NCBI GenBank assembly: GCA_021779375.1
Contig: JAJYAT010000006.1
Location: 33,515-97,514, forward strand
DNA: 64,000 bases
Source: a bacterium
Lineage (GTDB): Bacteria; Patescibacteriota; Gracilibacteria; JAHISY01
Direction of reading: 5' to 3'
Shown: positions 1 to 8,675 of the stretch, piece after piece
Numbering within the stretch: the stretch's first letter is position 1
Layout of the letters: each line of letters begins with the position of its first letter
Translations under genes and position numbers: made by a program
Notes under the pieces: generated by a model
The model's database searches: none
Told to the model about the DNA's origin: nothing
What the model saw: the letters and a program-made list of their open reading frames with translations, nothing else

Positions 1-84
1 CTGGCTCTCGCAATGAATGGGATGAGGGCATGATGCCGGGGATTATAAATACTAATACGCAGAAAGCAAATTTTTTAATTCAGC

Positions 85-113
85 TTTTCAATTTCGGCAA
101 AGTTCTCTAAAAT
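85..113 (+). promoter_or_regulatory. Candidate sigma70-type promoter for tRNA-Ile (TTTTCA-17 nt-TAAAAT)
   Basis: TTTTCA at 85-90 and TAAAAT at 108-113 with a 17-nt spacer. The tRNA 5' end is 12 nt downstream. The same TAAAAT box recurs before many genes in this window. Confidence 0.35.
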
Positions 114-125
114 CGCTCGGCTCTC

Positions 126-202
126 GGGCGAGTAGCTCAGCTGGTTAGAGCGCAACACTGATAATGTTGAGGTCGGAGGTTCAAGTCCTCCCTCGCCCAC
201 CA
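126..202 (+). tRNA. tRNA-Ile (anticodon GAU), CCA encoded
   Basis: Cloverleaf read by eye. Acceptor GGGCGAG/CTCGCCC, D stem GCTC/GAGC, anticodon stem CAACA/TGTTG with loop CTGATAA, T arm GGAGG-TTCAAGT-CCTCC, discriminator A then CCA. Confidence 0.9.
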
Positions 203-216
203 CTAATTTTCTCCTC

Positions 217-1422
217 ATGAATAAATTCGACATCAATCCGGATCAAGCCGGGAATTTTGGTAATTACGGCGGACAAGTTTTGCCGCCGGCAATTGCCACG
301 ATCATGAATGAAATTGATGCGGAATATGAAAAAATCAAAGTCGATTCGGAATTCTTGGCAGAGATGGATTCGCTGCGTCGGGACTTTATCGGGCGACCGA
401 GTCCGATTTATTTCTGCAAGAAGCTGAGCGCGAAGCTCGGCGGTGCGCGGATTTTCCTCAAACGTGAAGATCTCAATCACACCGGCGCGCACAAAATCAA
501 TCACTGCATCGGTGAAGCGTTGCTCGCGAAGAAGATGGGCAAGACGAAAATTATCGCCGAGACAGGCGCAGGTCAGCACGGTGTCGCGCTCGCGACGGCG
601 GCGGCTTTGGTCGGACTGCCTTGCGAGATTTTCATGGGTGAAGTCGACATCGCGAAACAAGCGCCGAACGTCACGCGCATGAAAATTCTCGGTGCGAAAG
701 TCGTGCCGGTCGGTCGTGGGCTGAAGACGCTGAAGGAAGCGGTCGATGCCGCGCTCGAATATTTTCTTTCCGATCCGCAAAACATTTTTTACGCGATTGG
801 CTCGGTCGTCGGACCGCACCCTTTCCCGAAGATGGTGCGTGATTTCCAGCGCATCGTCGGCGATGAAGCGCGCGAACAATTCCAAAAAGCGCAGGGAAAA
901 TTACCGAATAAAGTGATTGCCTGCGTCGGTGGCGGCTCAAATGCGATTGGGATTTTCTCCGCTTTTCTCGAAGACGAGTCAGTTGAAATCATCGGTGTTG
1001 AGCCGGCTGGTCGCGGGCTCAAGGTCGGTGACCACGCTGCGACACTCACTTTCGGTTCGCCAGGAAATATTCATGGCATGCACACTTACCTGCTGCAGGA
1101 CGCTGCGGGCGAGCCGAGTCCGGTTTATTCCATCGCGAGCGGACTCGACTATCCAGGCATCGGACCGCAGCATTCTTTCCTCAAGGATTCCGGACGCGTG
1201 AATTACGCGACGGCGACAGACGATGAAGTGCTCGCGGCTTTCCGTGAATTGTCGCAGGTCGAGGGAATCATCCCAGCACTGGAATCAGCCCACGCGCTCG
1301 CCTATGCTTTCAAAATTGCGCCGCAAAATGCCGGTCAAGATTTCCTCATCAATCTCTCCGGTCGCGGCGACAAAGACATTGATTTCGTAGTCGAGAAAGT
1401 CGGCGAAAAGTTTTTTGAGTAA
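217..1422 (+). CDS. trpB: Tryptophan synthase beta chain
   Basis: 401 aa. PLP-lysine region [16 protein letters not shown], plus GAGQHGVA and GGGSNAIG motifs, and full-length TrpB-like sequence. Confidence 0.9.
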   Translation: MNKFDINPDQAGNFGNYGGQVLPPAIATIMNEIDAEYEKIKVDSEFLAEMDSLRRDFIGRPSPIYFCKKLSAKLGGARIFLKREDLNHTGAHKINHCIGEALLAKKMGKTKIIAETGAGQHGVALATAAALVGLPCEIFMGEVDIAKQAPNVTRMKILGAKVVPVGRGLKTLKEAVDAALEYFLSDPQNIFYAIGSVVGPHPFPKMVRDFQRIVGDEAREQFQKAQGKLPNKVIACVGGGSNAIGIFSAFLEDESVEIIGVEPAGRGLKVGDHAATLTFGSPGNIHGMHTYLLQDAAGEPSPVYSIASGLDYPGIGPQHSFLKDSGRVNYATATDDEVLAAFRELSQVEGIIPALESAHALAYAFKIAPQNAGQDFLINLSGRGDKDIDFVVEKVGEKFFE

Positions 1423-1442
1423 AAAAGCGTTCAGTTTTTCGC

Positions 1443-1448
1443 TAAAAT
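1443..1448 (+). promoter_or_regulatory. -10 box TAAAAT 6 nt upstream of the relA GTG start (leaderless-type arrangement)
   Basis: The sequence reads gcTAAAATactcggGTG. There is no Shine-Dalgarno between the box and the start. Confidence 0.4.
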
Positions 1449-1454
1449 ACTCGG

Positions 1455-3587
1455 GTGGACGCTGCGCTCAAAAAAATTATCGAGCAAGTGAAAAGTTTCG
1501 CACCGGCGGCAGATTTTGCGAAAATCGAGGCGGCGTATGATTTCGCGAAAAAAGCGCACGCTGGTCAGAAGCGTTTTTCGGGTGAACCGTATTTCGTGCA
1601 CCCGGTCGCGGCGACACTCAATTTGCTGACGCTGCATCCTGACGACGACACGATTATTGCCTGTCTATTGCACGATGTGATTGAAGACACGGAGACCGAT
1701 CTTGCTGCTATCGAGGAGAAATTCGGATCGACGGTCGCGAGTCTCTGTCTTGATATGGAGAAGCTTGGCACGGTGCGTTATCAGGGTCAGGAACGGCAGA
1801 TTGAGAATCTACGCAAAATGTTCGTCGCGATGGCGCGGGACATTCGTGTCATTTTCATCAAGCTCGCCGATCGGCTGCACAATATGGAGACGATTGAGCA
1901 TGTGCGTCCAGACAAGCAAAAACGCATCGCGAAAGAAACTCTGGAGGTCTACGCACCGATTGCCGCTCGACTCGGTCTATTCGAATTCAAGGCGCGACTG
2001 GAAGATCTCGCGTTCAAAACTTTGCATCCGGAGGAATTCGCCAAAATTCAAAAGTCACTCGCCGGTAGTGCCATTGGTCGCAAAAATTTCATCGAGACAA
2101 CTAAAAAAAAGCTGCAAACGATTCTTGCGGAAGCGGGCATCACGGCGGAAGTGACCGGTCGGACGAAGCACCTTTACTCGATTTGGCGCAAGCTCGAACT
2201 CAAGCATTACGCTTCGATTGACGAGATTTACGATTTATTTGCGCTGCGTGTCATCGTCGATTCGACCGAAAAATGTTACGCCGCGCTCGGCACGATTCAC
2301 AACCACTTCACGCCGCTCTCGAACCGCTTCAAGGATTTCATTGCCGTGCCGAAACCAAACGGTTACCAGTCGCTGCACACGACGGTCATCGGACTCAATC
2401 GTGATTCGCCGACCGAGATTCAGATTCGGACGCACGCGATGCATGAGCAGGCGGAGCGCGGTGCGGCGGCGCATTTCGTTTATTCCGAAAGGAAACAGTC
2501 AGTCACCGCCGAAGAGTCGAAATTAAAGTGGATTCGCGGCTTGGTCGAATTGCATGAATCGATGCAGGATAATTCGGAATTTATTTCCTCGCTGTCGAAC
2601 GACATTTTCGAAGATCGAATTTTCGTGCTTACGCCGCGCGGCGATGTCTTCGATTTGCCAGCGGGCGCGACGCCGATTGATTTCGCTTATGTGGTGCATA
2701 CCGAGATTGGTCACCACTGCATCGGCGCAAAAATTAACGGCAAGATTGCGAAGCTCGATGCCGAATTAAAAAATGGCGAAGTCGTCGAAATCATCACCAG
2801 GAAAGACGCGAAACCAAACCGCTTCTGGCTTTCTTTCGCCAAGACCACTTCCGCGAAATCCAAAATTCGCGCTTATTTCGCCTCACTCGGTCGCAATGAA
2901 AATGTCGCGCTCGGCAAGGATTTGATCAACAAAAAACTGGCGCGTCTCGGCAAGGCACAGCTCGACGCCGACTTTTCGATTCTCAAAAATTACAAGAAGC
3001 AGAATTTATCCAAGAGAGATCGTGAAGCTTTACTCGAGCGGATTGGTAATGGCAGTGTTTCGTCGTCGGCAGTCGTGAAGGATTTGCTCGAGCTGGACGA
3101 ATTTGCCGTGAAGAAATCCCAGAAAAAGCCGGTGGCGTCATTGCAAGCTGAACACAAGAAGGACGAAATTTTGATCGAAGGTGTCAACGGGATTGCGACA
3201 AAATTGGCAAAGTGTTGCACGCCGAAGCCTGGTGACGAGATCGTGGCAGTGATGAGCCGCGCGGGTGCGACGATTCACCGTAGGGATTGCAAACAGATCG
3301 TGCGTACCGCCGACGAGCGCAAATTGCGCGCGCAGTTCGCGAGCGATGTGAAATCTCATCTCGTCAAAATCGAAGTCACTGCCAAAAATCGGGTTGGCAT
3401 GCTGCACGACATCGCCGGAGCGATTGCAGAAATGCAGGTCAATATCGCCGATTTGAGTCTCAAAACCAGCGACAAACACGAAATCATTCACGAGCTCACA
3501 ATCGAAGTCGAGGATCTCGAGCAGCTCGAAAAATTGCTCGGTCAGCTCGAGCGAATTAGCGGAATCACGCGCGCCGTTCGGATTTGA
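1455..3587 (+). CDS. relA: Bifunctional (p)ppGpp synthetase/hydrolase, RelA/SpoT family
   Basis: 710 aa, GTG start. HD hydrolase motif LLHDVIEDT, synthetase region YSIWRK...GYQSLHTTV, TGS-like region (VLTPRGDVFDLPAGATPIDFAY) and a C-terminal ACT-like domain. Confidence 0.9.
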   Translation: MDAALKKIIEQVKSFAPAADFAKIEAAYDFAKKAHAGQKRFSGEPYFVHPVAATLNLLTLHPDDDTIIACLLHDVIEDTETDLAAIEEKFGSTVASLCLDMEKLGTVRYQGQERQIENLRKMFVAMARDIRVIFIKLADRLHNMETIEHVRPDKQKRIAKETLEVYAPIAARLGLFEFKARLEDLAFKTLHPEEFAKIQKSLAGSAIGRKNFIETTKKKLQTILAEAGITAEVTGRTKHLYSIWRKLELKHYASIDEIYDLFALRVIVDSTEKCYAALGTIHNHFTPLSNRFKDFIAVPKPNGYQSLHTTVIGLNRDSPTEIQIRTHAMHEQAERGAAAHFVYSERKQSVTAEESKLKWIRGLVELHESMQDNSEFISSLSNDIFEDRIFVLTPRGDVFDLPAGATPIDFAYVVHTEIGHHCIGAKINGKIAKLDAELKNGEVVEIITRKDAKPNRFWLSFAKTTSAKSKIRAYFASLGRNENVALGKDLINKKLARLGKAQLDADFSILKNYKKQNLSKRDREALLERIGNGSVSSSAVVKDLLELDEFAVKKSQKKPVASLQAEHKKDEILIEGVNGIATKLAKCCTPKPGDEIVAVMSRAGATIHRRDCKQIVRTADERKLRAQFASDVKSHLVKIEVTAKNRVGMLHDIAGAIAEMQVNIADLSLKTSDKHEIIHELTIEVEDLEQLEKLLGQLERISGITRAVRI

Positions 3588-4338
3588 ACAGCAGCCAAAT
3601 TATGCCGCTGATGCCGATGAAAAAAAGCGGCAGCGAGTAGACCGCACCTTTCGGCAGACCAAAAATAAATCCGTCCAGCGGTTCACGCCAAAAAATTTCG
3701 ACCAGCGTGCGACCGAGTCCGTAAAAAGTCAGAAAGGCGAAACTCAGAATTCCTCGGCGCGGCTTCGTCCGAAAAATTAAAAGTAGCAATCCGGCGATAC
3801 CGAGATTTTTGGCTGCCTCGAAAAGTTGACTGGGAAATCTGGGAGTCGCATCAAAATTCGGGAAAATTACGCCCCAATCGCCGCCAGTTGGTCGCCCGAC
3901 GAGCTCACCATTGACGAAATTTCCCAGCCGACCGAAAGCGATTCCGACCGCGGCGAGAATCACAACGATGTCCGAAATTTCAAAAAAACTTTTTTGCCAT
4001 TTGCGCGCGAGCCAAAAAATTGCGACGAGTACGCCAAGCAGTCCGCCGTGGAAGCTCATGCCGCCATGCCAGATTTCGAAAAGTTCGGGCGAAAAAAATT
4101 GAGTCGGCTTGTAAAGCAAAAAATAGCCGATGCGTCCGCCCAAAATTACGCCCAAAATCATGCCAAAAAGCAGATCGTCGATTTGTTTTGCCGAAAAACT
4201 GACTAGTTTCTTTTTCACCAAAAGCTTGAGCCAAAAAAATCCGAGCAGAAAAGCAATTAAATAAAAGACTCCGTACCAGCGAATTTGTGCGAAGCCGAGA
4301 TCGAGCGCGATCGGATTGAGGTTGTCTGTCCAAATCAT
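3565..4338 (-). CDS. lgt: Prolipoprotein diacylglyceryl transferase
   Basis: 257 aa polytopic membrane protein. N-terminus IRWYGVFYLIAFLLG and the GGMSFHGGLLG motif are typical of Lgt. Its 3' end overlaps relA convergently by 23 nt. Confidence 0.85.
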   Translation of the reverse strand: MIWTDNLNPIALDLGFAQIRWYGVFYLIAFLLGFFWLKLLVKKKLVSFSAKQIDDLLFGMILGVILGGRIGYFLLYKPTQFFSPELFEIWHGGMSFHGGLLGVLVAIFWLARKWQKSFFEISDIVVILAAVGIAFGRLGNFVNGELVGRPTGGDWGVIFPNFDATPRFPSQLFEAAKNLGIAGLLLLIFRTKPRRGILSFAFLTFYGLGRTLVEIFWREPLDGFIFGLPKGAVYSLPLFFIGISGIIWLLFKSERRA

Positions 4339-5015
4339 GCGCCGATTTTATCCCAATTTCGAGTCGCCGAGTCGACACGCGAGTTTTTTTCCGCCGCGTT
4401 TTCAGAAATTTCGAGCAGAGATTTTTCCGCGGTGGTGAAAATCTCTGGGTCAGTTTCGAGTCGCAGAATTGTCGCTAAGTCGTTTTCAAGCAAAAAGCGA
4501 AAGAACTTTTTTTCACGGACGGCTTGATTTTCACCGATTGCGAAAAAGCCGAGAATCGCCAGGATCTTGGCGAAAAAGGCGATTTTGATTAGTTGGAGTT
4601 TGGACTTAGTTACAGAGTTAACCCTCGAGATATCTCGGGGGTTAACAGTTGGCAGAAGCATGACGAAGTCTTGGAAGATTTGGTAAATGCGCGGCAGCGC
4701 TTTTTCCGGTGGCGCGAGATTCAAGATCAATTCACTCGCGGCGAAAGCGGCGCGCAGTACGGAGAGACTTTTCGACTCGAAGGCGGAAATCGGACTAGCG
4801 TCAGTCAATAAAAAAAGCTCGCCGCTGCGGCGGTGCAGTCGCAAATTCGTCTCGCCAAAAAGCTCGAGGCTGCCGCCTTTGCGCGATTTGGTTTTCTTGA
4901 CGCCTTTCGCGAGGACCGAGATTACGCCGAAGTCTCGAGAGAGGATTCGTAAAATCCGATCAGCCTCACCGAAATTTTGTTTTTTCAGAACGAAACCGGC
5001 AGTTTTGAATTCCAA
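4335..5015 (-). CDS. recO: DNA repair protein RecO
   Basis: 226 aa, TTG start. The N-terminal OB-fold region AGFVLKKQNFGEADRILRILSRDFGVISVLAKGVKK is typical of RecO. The stop overlaps the lgt start by 4 nt. Confidence 0.75.
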   Translation of the reverse strand: MEFKTAGFVLKKQNFGEADRILRILSRDFGVISVLAKGVKKTKSRKGGSLELFGETNLRLHRRSGELFLLTDASPISAFESKSLSVLRAAFAASELILNLAPPEKALPRIYQIFQDFVMLLPTVNPRDISRVNSVTKSKLQLIKIAFFAKILAILGFFAIGENQAVREKKFFRFLLENDLATILRLETDPEIFTTAEKSLLEISENAAEKNSRVDSATRNWDKIGA

Positions 5016-5019
5016 GGGT

Positions 5020-5132
5020 TAAGAAGTAAGGAGTAAGGAATAAGGATTAAGAGCTAAGTTGTTGAGTCGTGCGAAGCGTTTTAATTTTAAGCTAAAATCA
5101 GCCTCAAGCGAGCTTACTAACTTAATCCTTTA
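5020..5132 (+). repeat. Intergenic promoter cassette, copy A: six TAAGNNN heptads + conserved core GTGCGAAGCGTTTTAATTTTAAGCTAAAATCAGC + CTTACTAAC leader
   Basis: TAAG occurs at 5020, 5027, 5034, 5041, 5048 and 5055, an exact 7-nt period. The core spans 5069-5102 with TAAAAT at 5093-5098. CTTACTAAC is at 5113-5121. The cassette sits directly upstream of the leuS ATG. A second copy lies upstream of rsmI in the same relative orientation. Confidence 0.6.
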
Positions 5133-7685
5133 ATGACTTTCGATCATTCTGAATTCGAGGCGAAATGGCAAAAAAAATGGGACGATGCCAAACTTTTCGC
5201 CGCAGCCGACGATTCTGGTAAGGAAAAATTCTATGTCCTGGTTGAATTTCCCTATCCGAGTGGCGATGGTCTGCATGTCGGTCATTGCCGGAGCTACACC
5301 GCGCTCGACATCGTCGCGCGACAGGCGCGCATGTCCGGCAAAAATGTTCTTTTCCCAATTGGCTTTGACGCTTTCGGACTACCGACGGAAAATTTCGCGA
5401 TCAAAAACAAAATTCACCCGCGTACGGCGACGGACAAAAACATCGCGAATTTCACACGCCAACTTAAATCACTCGGTTTTAGCTTCGACTGGGAGCGCGT
5501 CGTCGATACGACTGATCCGAAGTATTACAAATGGACGCAGTGGATTTTCCTCAAATTTCTCGAGGCGGGACTCGCCTATCAAGCTAAGATTCCGATTAAT
5601 TGGTGCGTTGATTGCAAGATTGGTTTGGCGAATGAGGAAGTCGTCGACGGCAAATGTGAACGCTGCGGTGGCAAGATTGAACGCCGCGTAAAACAGCAGT
5701 GGATGCTTGCGATTACGAAATACGCGCAGCAATTGCTCGATGGACTTGAAACGGTTGATTTTCTGCCGCGGATCAAGGCGCAGCAGCAAAATTGGATTGG
5801 GCGCAGCGAGGGCGCGGAAGTTGATTTCGCGATTACGAATTCAAGCGAGAAGATTAAAATTTTCACGACACGACCGGATACCTTGTTCGGTGCGACTTAC
5901 TGCGTGCTCTCGCCAGAGCATGCTTTGCTCGAAAAGCTTAAACCGCAGATTCAAAACTGGGACGAAGTCGCGAAATACATTTCCGCTGCCGCCGCGAAAT
6001 CCGATCTCGAGCGCACCGAATTAGCGAAAGAAAAGACGGGCGTGAAGCTCGCTGGTGTCACCGCGATCAATCCGGTGAGTGGTGAAGAAATTCCGATTTT
6101 CGTGGCGGATTATGTTTTGGCGAGTTATGGGACGGGTGCGATCATGGCAGTCCCCGCGCATGACCAAAGAGATTTCGATTTTGCAAATGCGATGAATTCA
6201 AGACCGGAAATTAAATATGAAAATCCCATAAAAATTATTCATGTTGTTGAACCTGAAAATTATGAAAAAATTAGCGAAAACCAAGTTTCGGTTTTTGCAG
6301 CCCCTGCAAAAGATGAAGGAATGAGCCCAAAAGATGGGCTGATTAGAATGTTGAAATTTCAATATTCTGAAATTAAAAAAGGTATTGAAAGCCACGCTTT
6401 TTGTTTTGCTGGAGATGGAATTGCAATTAACTCCGGTCAATTCGACGGACTGCCGACGGCGGAATTTAAAAAGAAAATCATCACCTTCCTCGAAGAAAAA
6501 GGCGTTGGCAAGATGGCGATTAATTTCAAACTGCGCGATTGGGTGTTTAGCCGCCAGCGTTATTGGGGCGAGCCGATTCCGGTCGTGCATTGTGAGAAGT
6601 GCGGCATTGTCCCTCTACCGGAAAAAGATTTGCCGCTCGAGCTGCCGCCAGTTGAAAAATACGAGCCGACTGAGACGGGCGAATCCCCGCTCGCCGCGAT
6701 CACTGATTGGGTGCAGACGATTTGTCCGAAGTGTGGTGGCGCGGCGCGGCGCGAGACGGACACGATGCCGAATTGGGCGGGTTCGAGCTGGTATTTCCTG
6801 CGCTACATCGATCCGCGTAACAACCAAGCTTTTGCTGATCCCGCGAAATTAAAATACTGGTTGCCGGTCGATCTTTACAATGGCGGCATGGAACACACGG
6901 TTTTGCATCTGCTTTATTCGCGTTTTTGGCACAAATTTCTCTTCGACCAGAAGTTCGTCCCGACGCCCGAGCCTTACGCCCGGCGCATTTCACACGGCAT
7001 GATTCTCGGACCAGACGGCGAGAAAATGTCGAAGTCGCGTGGTAATGTAATCAATCCTGACGAGATTGTGAAAAAATTCGGTGCGGACACGCTGCGGCTT
7101 TACGAAATGTTTATCGGACCATTCGACCAGGCTGCGAGCTGGAGTGAGGGCGGCGTCGCGGGTGTTCGTAAATTTCTCGAAAAAGTTTGGCGCTTGTTTG
7201 AAAAGCTCGCTGCTTCGCCGAATCCCGAGCTCGAGAAATCACTGCACAAAACGATTAAAAAAGTTTCGCAGGACATCGCTGGTCGACATTTCAACACGGC
7301 GGTTTCGAGCTTGATGATTTTCGTGAACGAGGCGACCCAAGTTGGTTTGCCGCAGAATCTGGGCGAAGATTTACTGCGCATTCTCGCTCCTTTCGCGCCG
7401 CATTTGACTGAGGAAATCTGGGTTAAATTGGGTCACACGACCTCGATTCATCTGGAAAAATGGCCGAGCTTCGATTCGGCTTTGGCGAAGGACGAGACGA
7501 TTACGCTCGCGATTTCGGTCAATGGCAAGCTGCGCGATACGATTTCCGTCGCGGCGGAGATTGGCAAAGACGAAGCACTGACTCTGGCGAAGCAGTCGGA
7601 GAAGATTCAGAAATGGCTCGACGGTAAGGAAATTCGCAAAGAAATTTTCGTGCCGGGCAAGATGATTAATTTCGTCATCGGATGA
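5133..7685 (+). CDS. leuS: Leucyl-tRNA synthetase
   Basis: 850 aa. Class I motifs HVGH (GLHVGHCRSY) and KMSKS (EKMSKSRGN), and a CP1 editing region with AHDQRDFDFA. Confidence 0.95.
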   Translation: MTFDHSEFEAKWQKKWDDAKLFAAADDSGKEKFYVLVEFPYPSGDGLHVGHCRSYTALDIVARQARMSGKNVLFPIGFDAFGLPTENFAIKNKIHPRTATDKNIANFTRQLKSLGFSFDWERVVDTTDPKYYKWTQWIFLKFLEAGLAYQAKIPINWCVDCKIGLANEEVVDGKCERCGGKIERRVKQQWMLAITKYAQQLLDGLETVDFLPRIKAQQQNWIGRSEGAEVDFAITNSSEKIKIFTTRPDTLFGATYCVLSPEHALLEKLKPQIQNWDEVAKYISAAAAKSDLERTELAKEKTGVKLAGVTAINPVSGEEIPIFVADYVLASYGTGAIMAVPAHDQRDFDFANAMNSRPEIKYENPIKIIHVVEPENYEKISENQVSVFAAPAKDEGMSPKDGLIRMLKFQYSEIKKGIESHAFCFAGDGIAINSGQFDGLPTAEFKKKIITFLEEKGVGKMAINFKLRDWVFSRQRYWGEPIPVVHCEKCGIVPLPEKDLPLELPPVEKYEPTETGESPLAAITDWVQTICPKCGGAARRETDTMPNWAGSSWYFLRYIDPRNNQAFADPAKLKYWLPVDLYNGGMEHTVLHLLYSRFWHKFLFDQKFVPTPEPYARRISHGMILGPDGEKMSKSRGNVINPDEIVKKFGADTLRLYEMFIGPFDQAASWSEGGVAGVRKFLEKVWRLFEKLAASPNPELEKSLHKTIKKVSQDIAGRHFNTAVSSLMIFVNEATQVGLPQNLGEDLLRILAPFAPHLTEEIWVKLGHTTSIHLEKWPSFDSALAKDETITLAISVNGKLRDTISVAAEIGKDEALTLAKQSEKIQKWLDGKEIRKEIFVPGKMINFVIG

Positions 7686-8032
7686 AAACAGCGGAAGCAG
7701 TCGTGCTCGTCGAGAAGCTGGTTGATAACGAACTGGCGCGTCTGCGCCGCAAAAATTTTCCTGAGCTAGATTCGGTGAGTGTACGAGTCGAAATCGTCGA
7801 TCCGGAAGATCCCGAAAAATACGGCGAATTTCTCGGTGTGCCGCTCGCGGAATATTCCGTTTTCGACTCGGGCGTGCTCGGCAATGAGATTGTGGTTTTC
7901 GCGCGTCCGCTCGTCGCGGACTTCGGCTCGGGCGCGGAACTAGAAAAACAGGTGCGGATTACCTTGCTGCATGAATTCGGTCACGCCCTCGGAATGAGCG
8001 AGGCGGAAGTGGAGCGGAGAGGGTTGGAATAA
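7682..8032 (+). CDS. Small zincin-like metallopeptidase family protein
   Basis: 116 aa with the HExxH motif LLHEFGHALGMSE near the C-terminus. ATGA overlap with the leuS stop. Confidence 0.55.
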   Translation: MKTAEAVVLVEKLVDNELARLRRKNFPELDSVSVRVEIVDPEDPEKYGEFLGVPLAEYSVFDSGVLGNEIVVFARPLVADFGSGAELEKQVRITLLHEFGHALGMSEAEVERRGLE

Positions 8033-8089
8033 TTTAATTTTACAGATGCAGGGAACGAACATGTTGGAATTACTAATACAATATCCTCA

Positions 8090-8674
8090 ATGTGCGCTTC
8101 GCCTCACCCCGACCGCGACCGCAAATTGCCGCGACTGAAAGATTTCGATTACGCGAACGACGGCGCATATTTCATCACCATTTGCACCGCCAATCGCGCA
8201 AATATTTTTGGCGAAATTCAAAATGACAAAATGGTCTTGAATGAATCAGGTCGGGTCGCCGAAAAATGTTGGCGCGAAATCCCCGACCATTTTCCGAATG
8301 CAAAATTGGATGAATTCGTGGTGATGCCGAATCATGTGCACGGGTTGATTTGGATTGAAAATTCGAACAAAATTATAAAACGCGTAGGGAACGCAGATCT
8401 GCGTTCCCTACAAATACCGTGTTCTCCACAAACACAATCACAAAAAATTGATCGAACCAAAATGGCGATTCCAAAAATAATTCACGGATTCAAATCATCG
8501 GTCACCCGAATCATCCGCCAACAAAATTCCGCCACACATTCCGTTTGGCAGAAATCATTTCACGATCACGTCATTCGTGACGACGACGAACTAAATCGTA
8601 TTCGCGATTACATTTGGCAAAATCCGAAGAACTGGGAAAAGGACGAAAATAATTTCTCAGCTGTGAGAAAGTAA
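8090..8674 (+). CDS. IS200/Y1-like HUH transposase homolog (REP-associated tyrosine transposase-like)
   Basis: 194 aa. N-terminus PRLKDFDYANDGAYFITICT, HUH motif MPNHVHGLIW, C-terminal WQKSFHDHVIRD...RIRDYIWQNP with a candidate catalytic Tyr. No flanking IS ends were recognised. Confidence 0.7.
   Translation: MCASPHPDRDRKLPRLKDFDYANDGAYFITICTANRANIFGEIQNDKMVLNESGRVAEKCWREIPDHFPNAKLDEFVVMPNHVHGLIWIENSNKIIKRVGNADLRSLQIPCSPQTQSQKIDRTKMAIPKIIHGFKSSVTRIIRQQNSATHSVWQKSFHDHVIRDDDELNRIRDYIWQNPKNWEKDENNFSAVRK
8384..8411. repeat. Perfect 28-bp palindrome inside the RAYT-like CDS
   Basis: GTAGGGAACGCAGATCTGCGTTCCCTAC equals its own reverse complement. It encodes the loop VGNADLRSLQ between the HUH and Tyr regions. 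Confidence 0.9.
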
Positions 8675-8675
8675 A

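Noticed and set aside
181-885. 234-aa ORF antisense to trpB. Similar long antisense or alternative-frame ORFs occur at 8955-9671, 21305-22258, 26433-27371, 39487-40176, 42150-42782 and 46170-46931.
   Set aside because: Each lies entirely within a gene that has strong family motifs on the other strand or frame. Their translations are Arg/Ser/Ala-rich low-complexity sequences, typical of open shadow frames in GC-moderate coding DNA.
3565-3587. 23-nt convergent overlap of the relA and lgt 3' ends as a possible regulatory antisense arrangement
   Set aside because: Short convergent overlaps are common in compact genomes. No structure or conserved motif was seen at the overlap.
5016-5132. T-box riboswitch or attenuator upstream of leuS
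   Set aside because: The leader is only ~35 nt after the putative -10. I saw no T-box consensus, specifier or antiterminator structure. The same cassette also precedes the non-aaRS gene rsmI. A TRAP-like (G/U)AG binding array was also considered, but the repeat period is 7 nt and the array lies upstream of the promoter.
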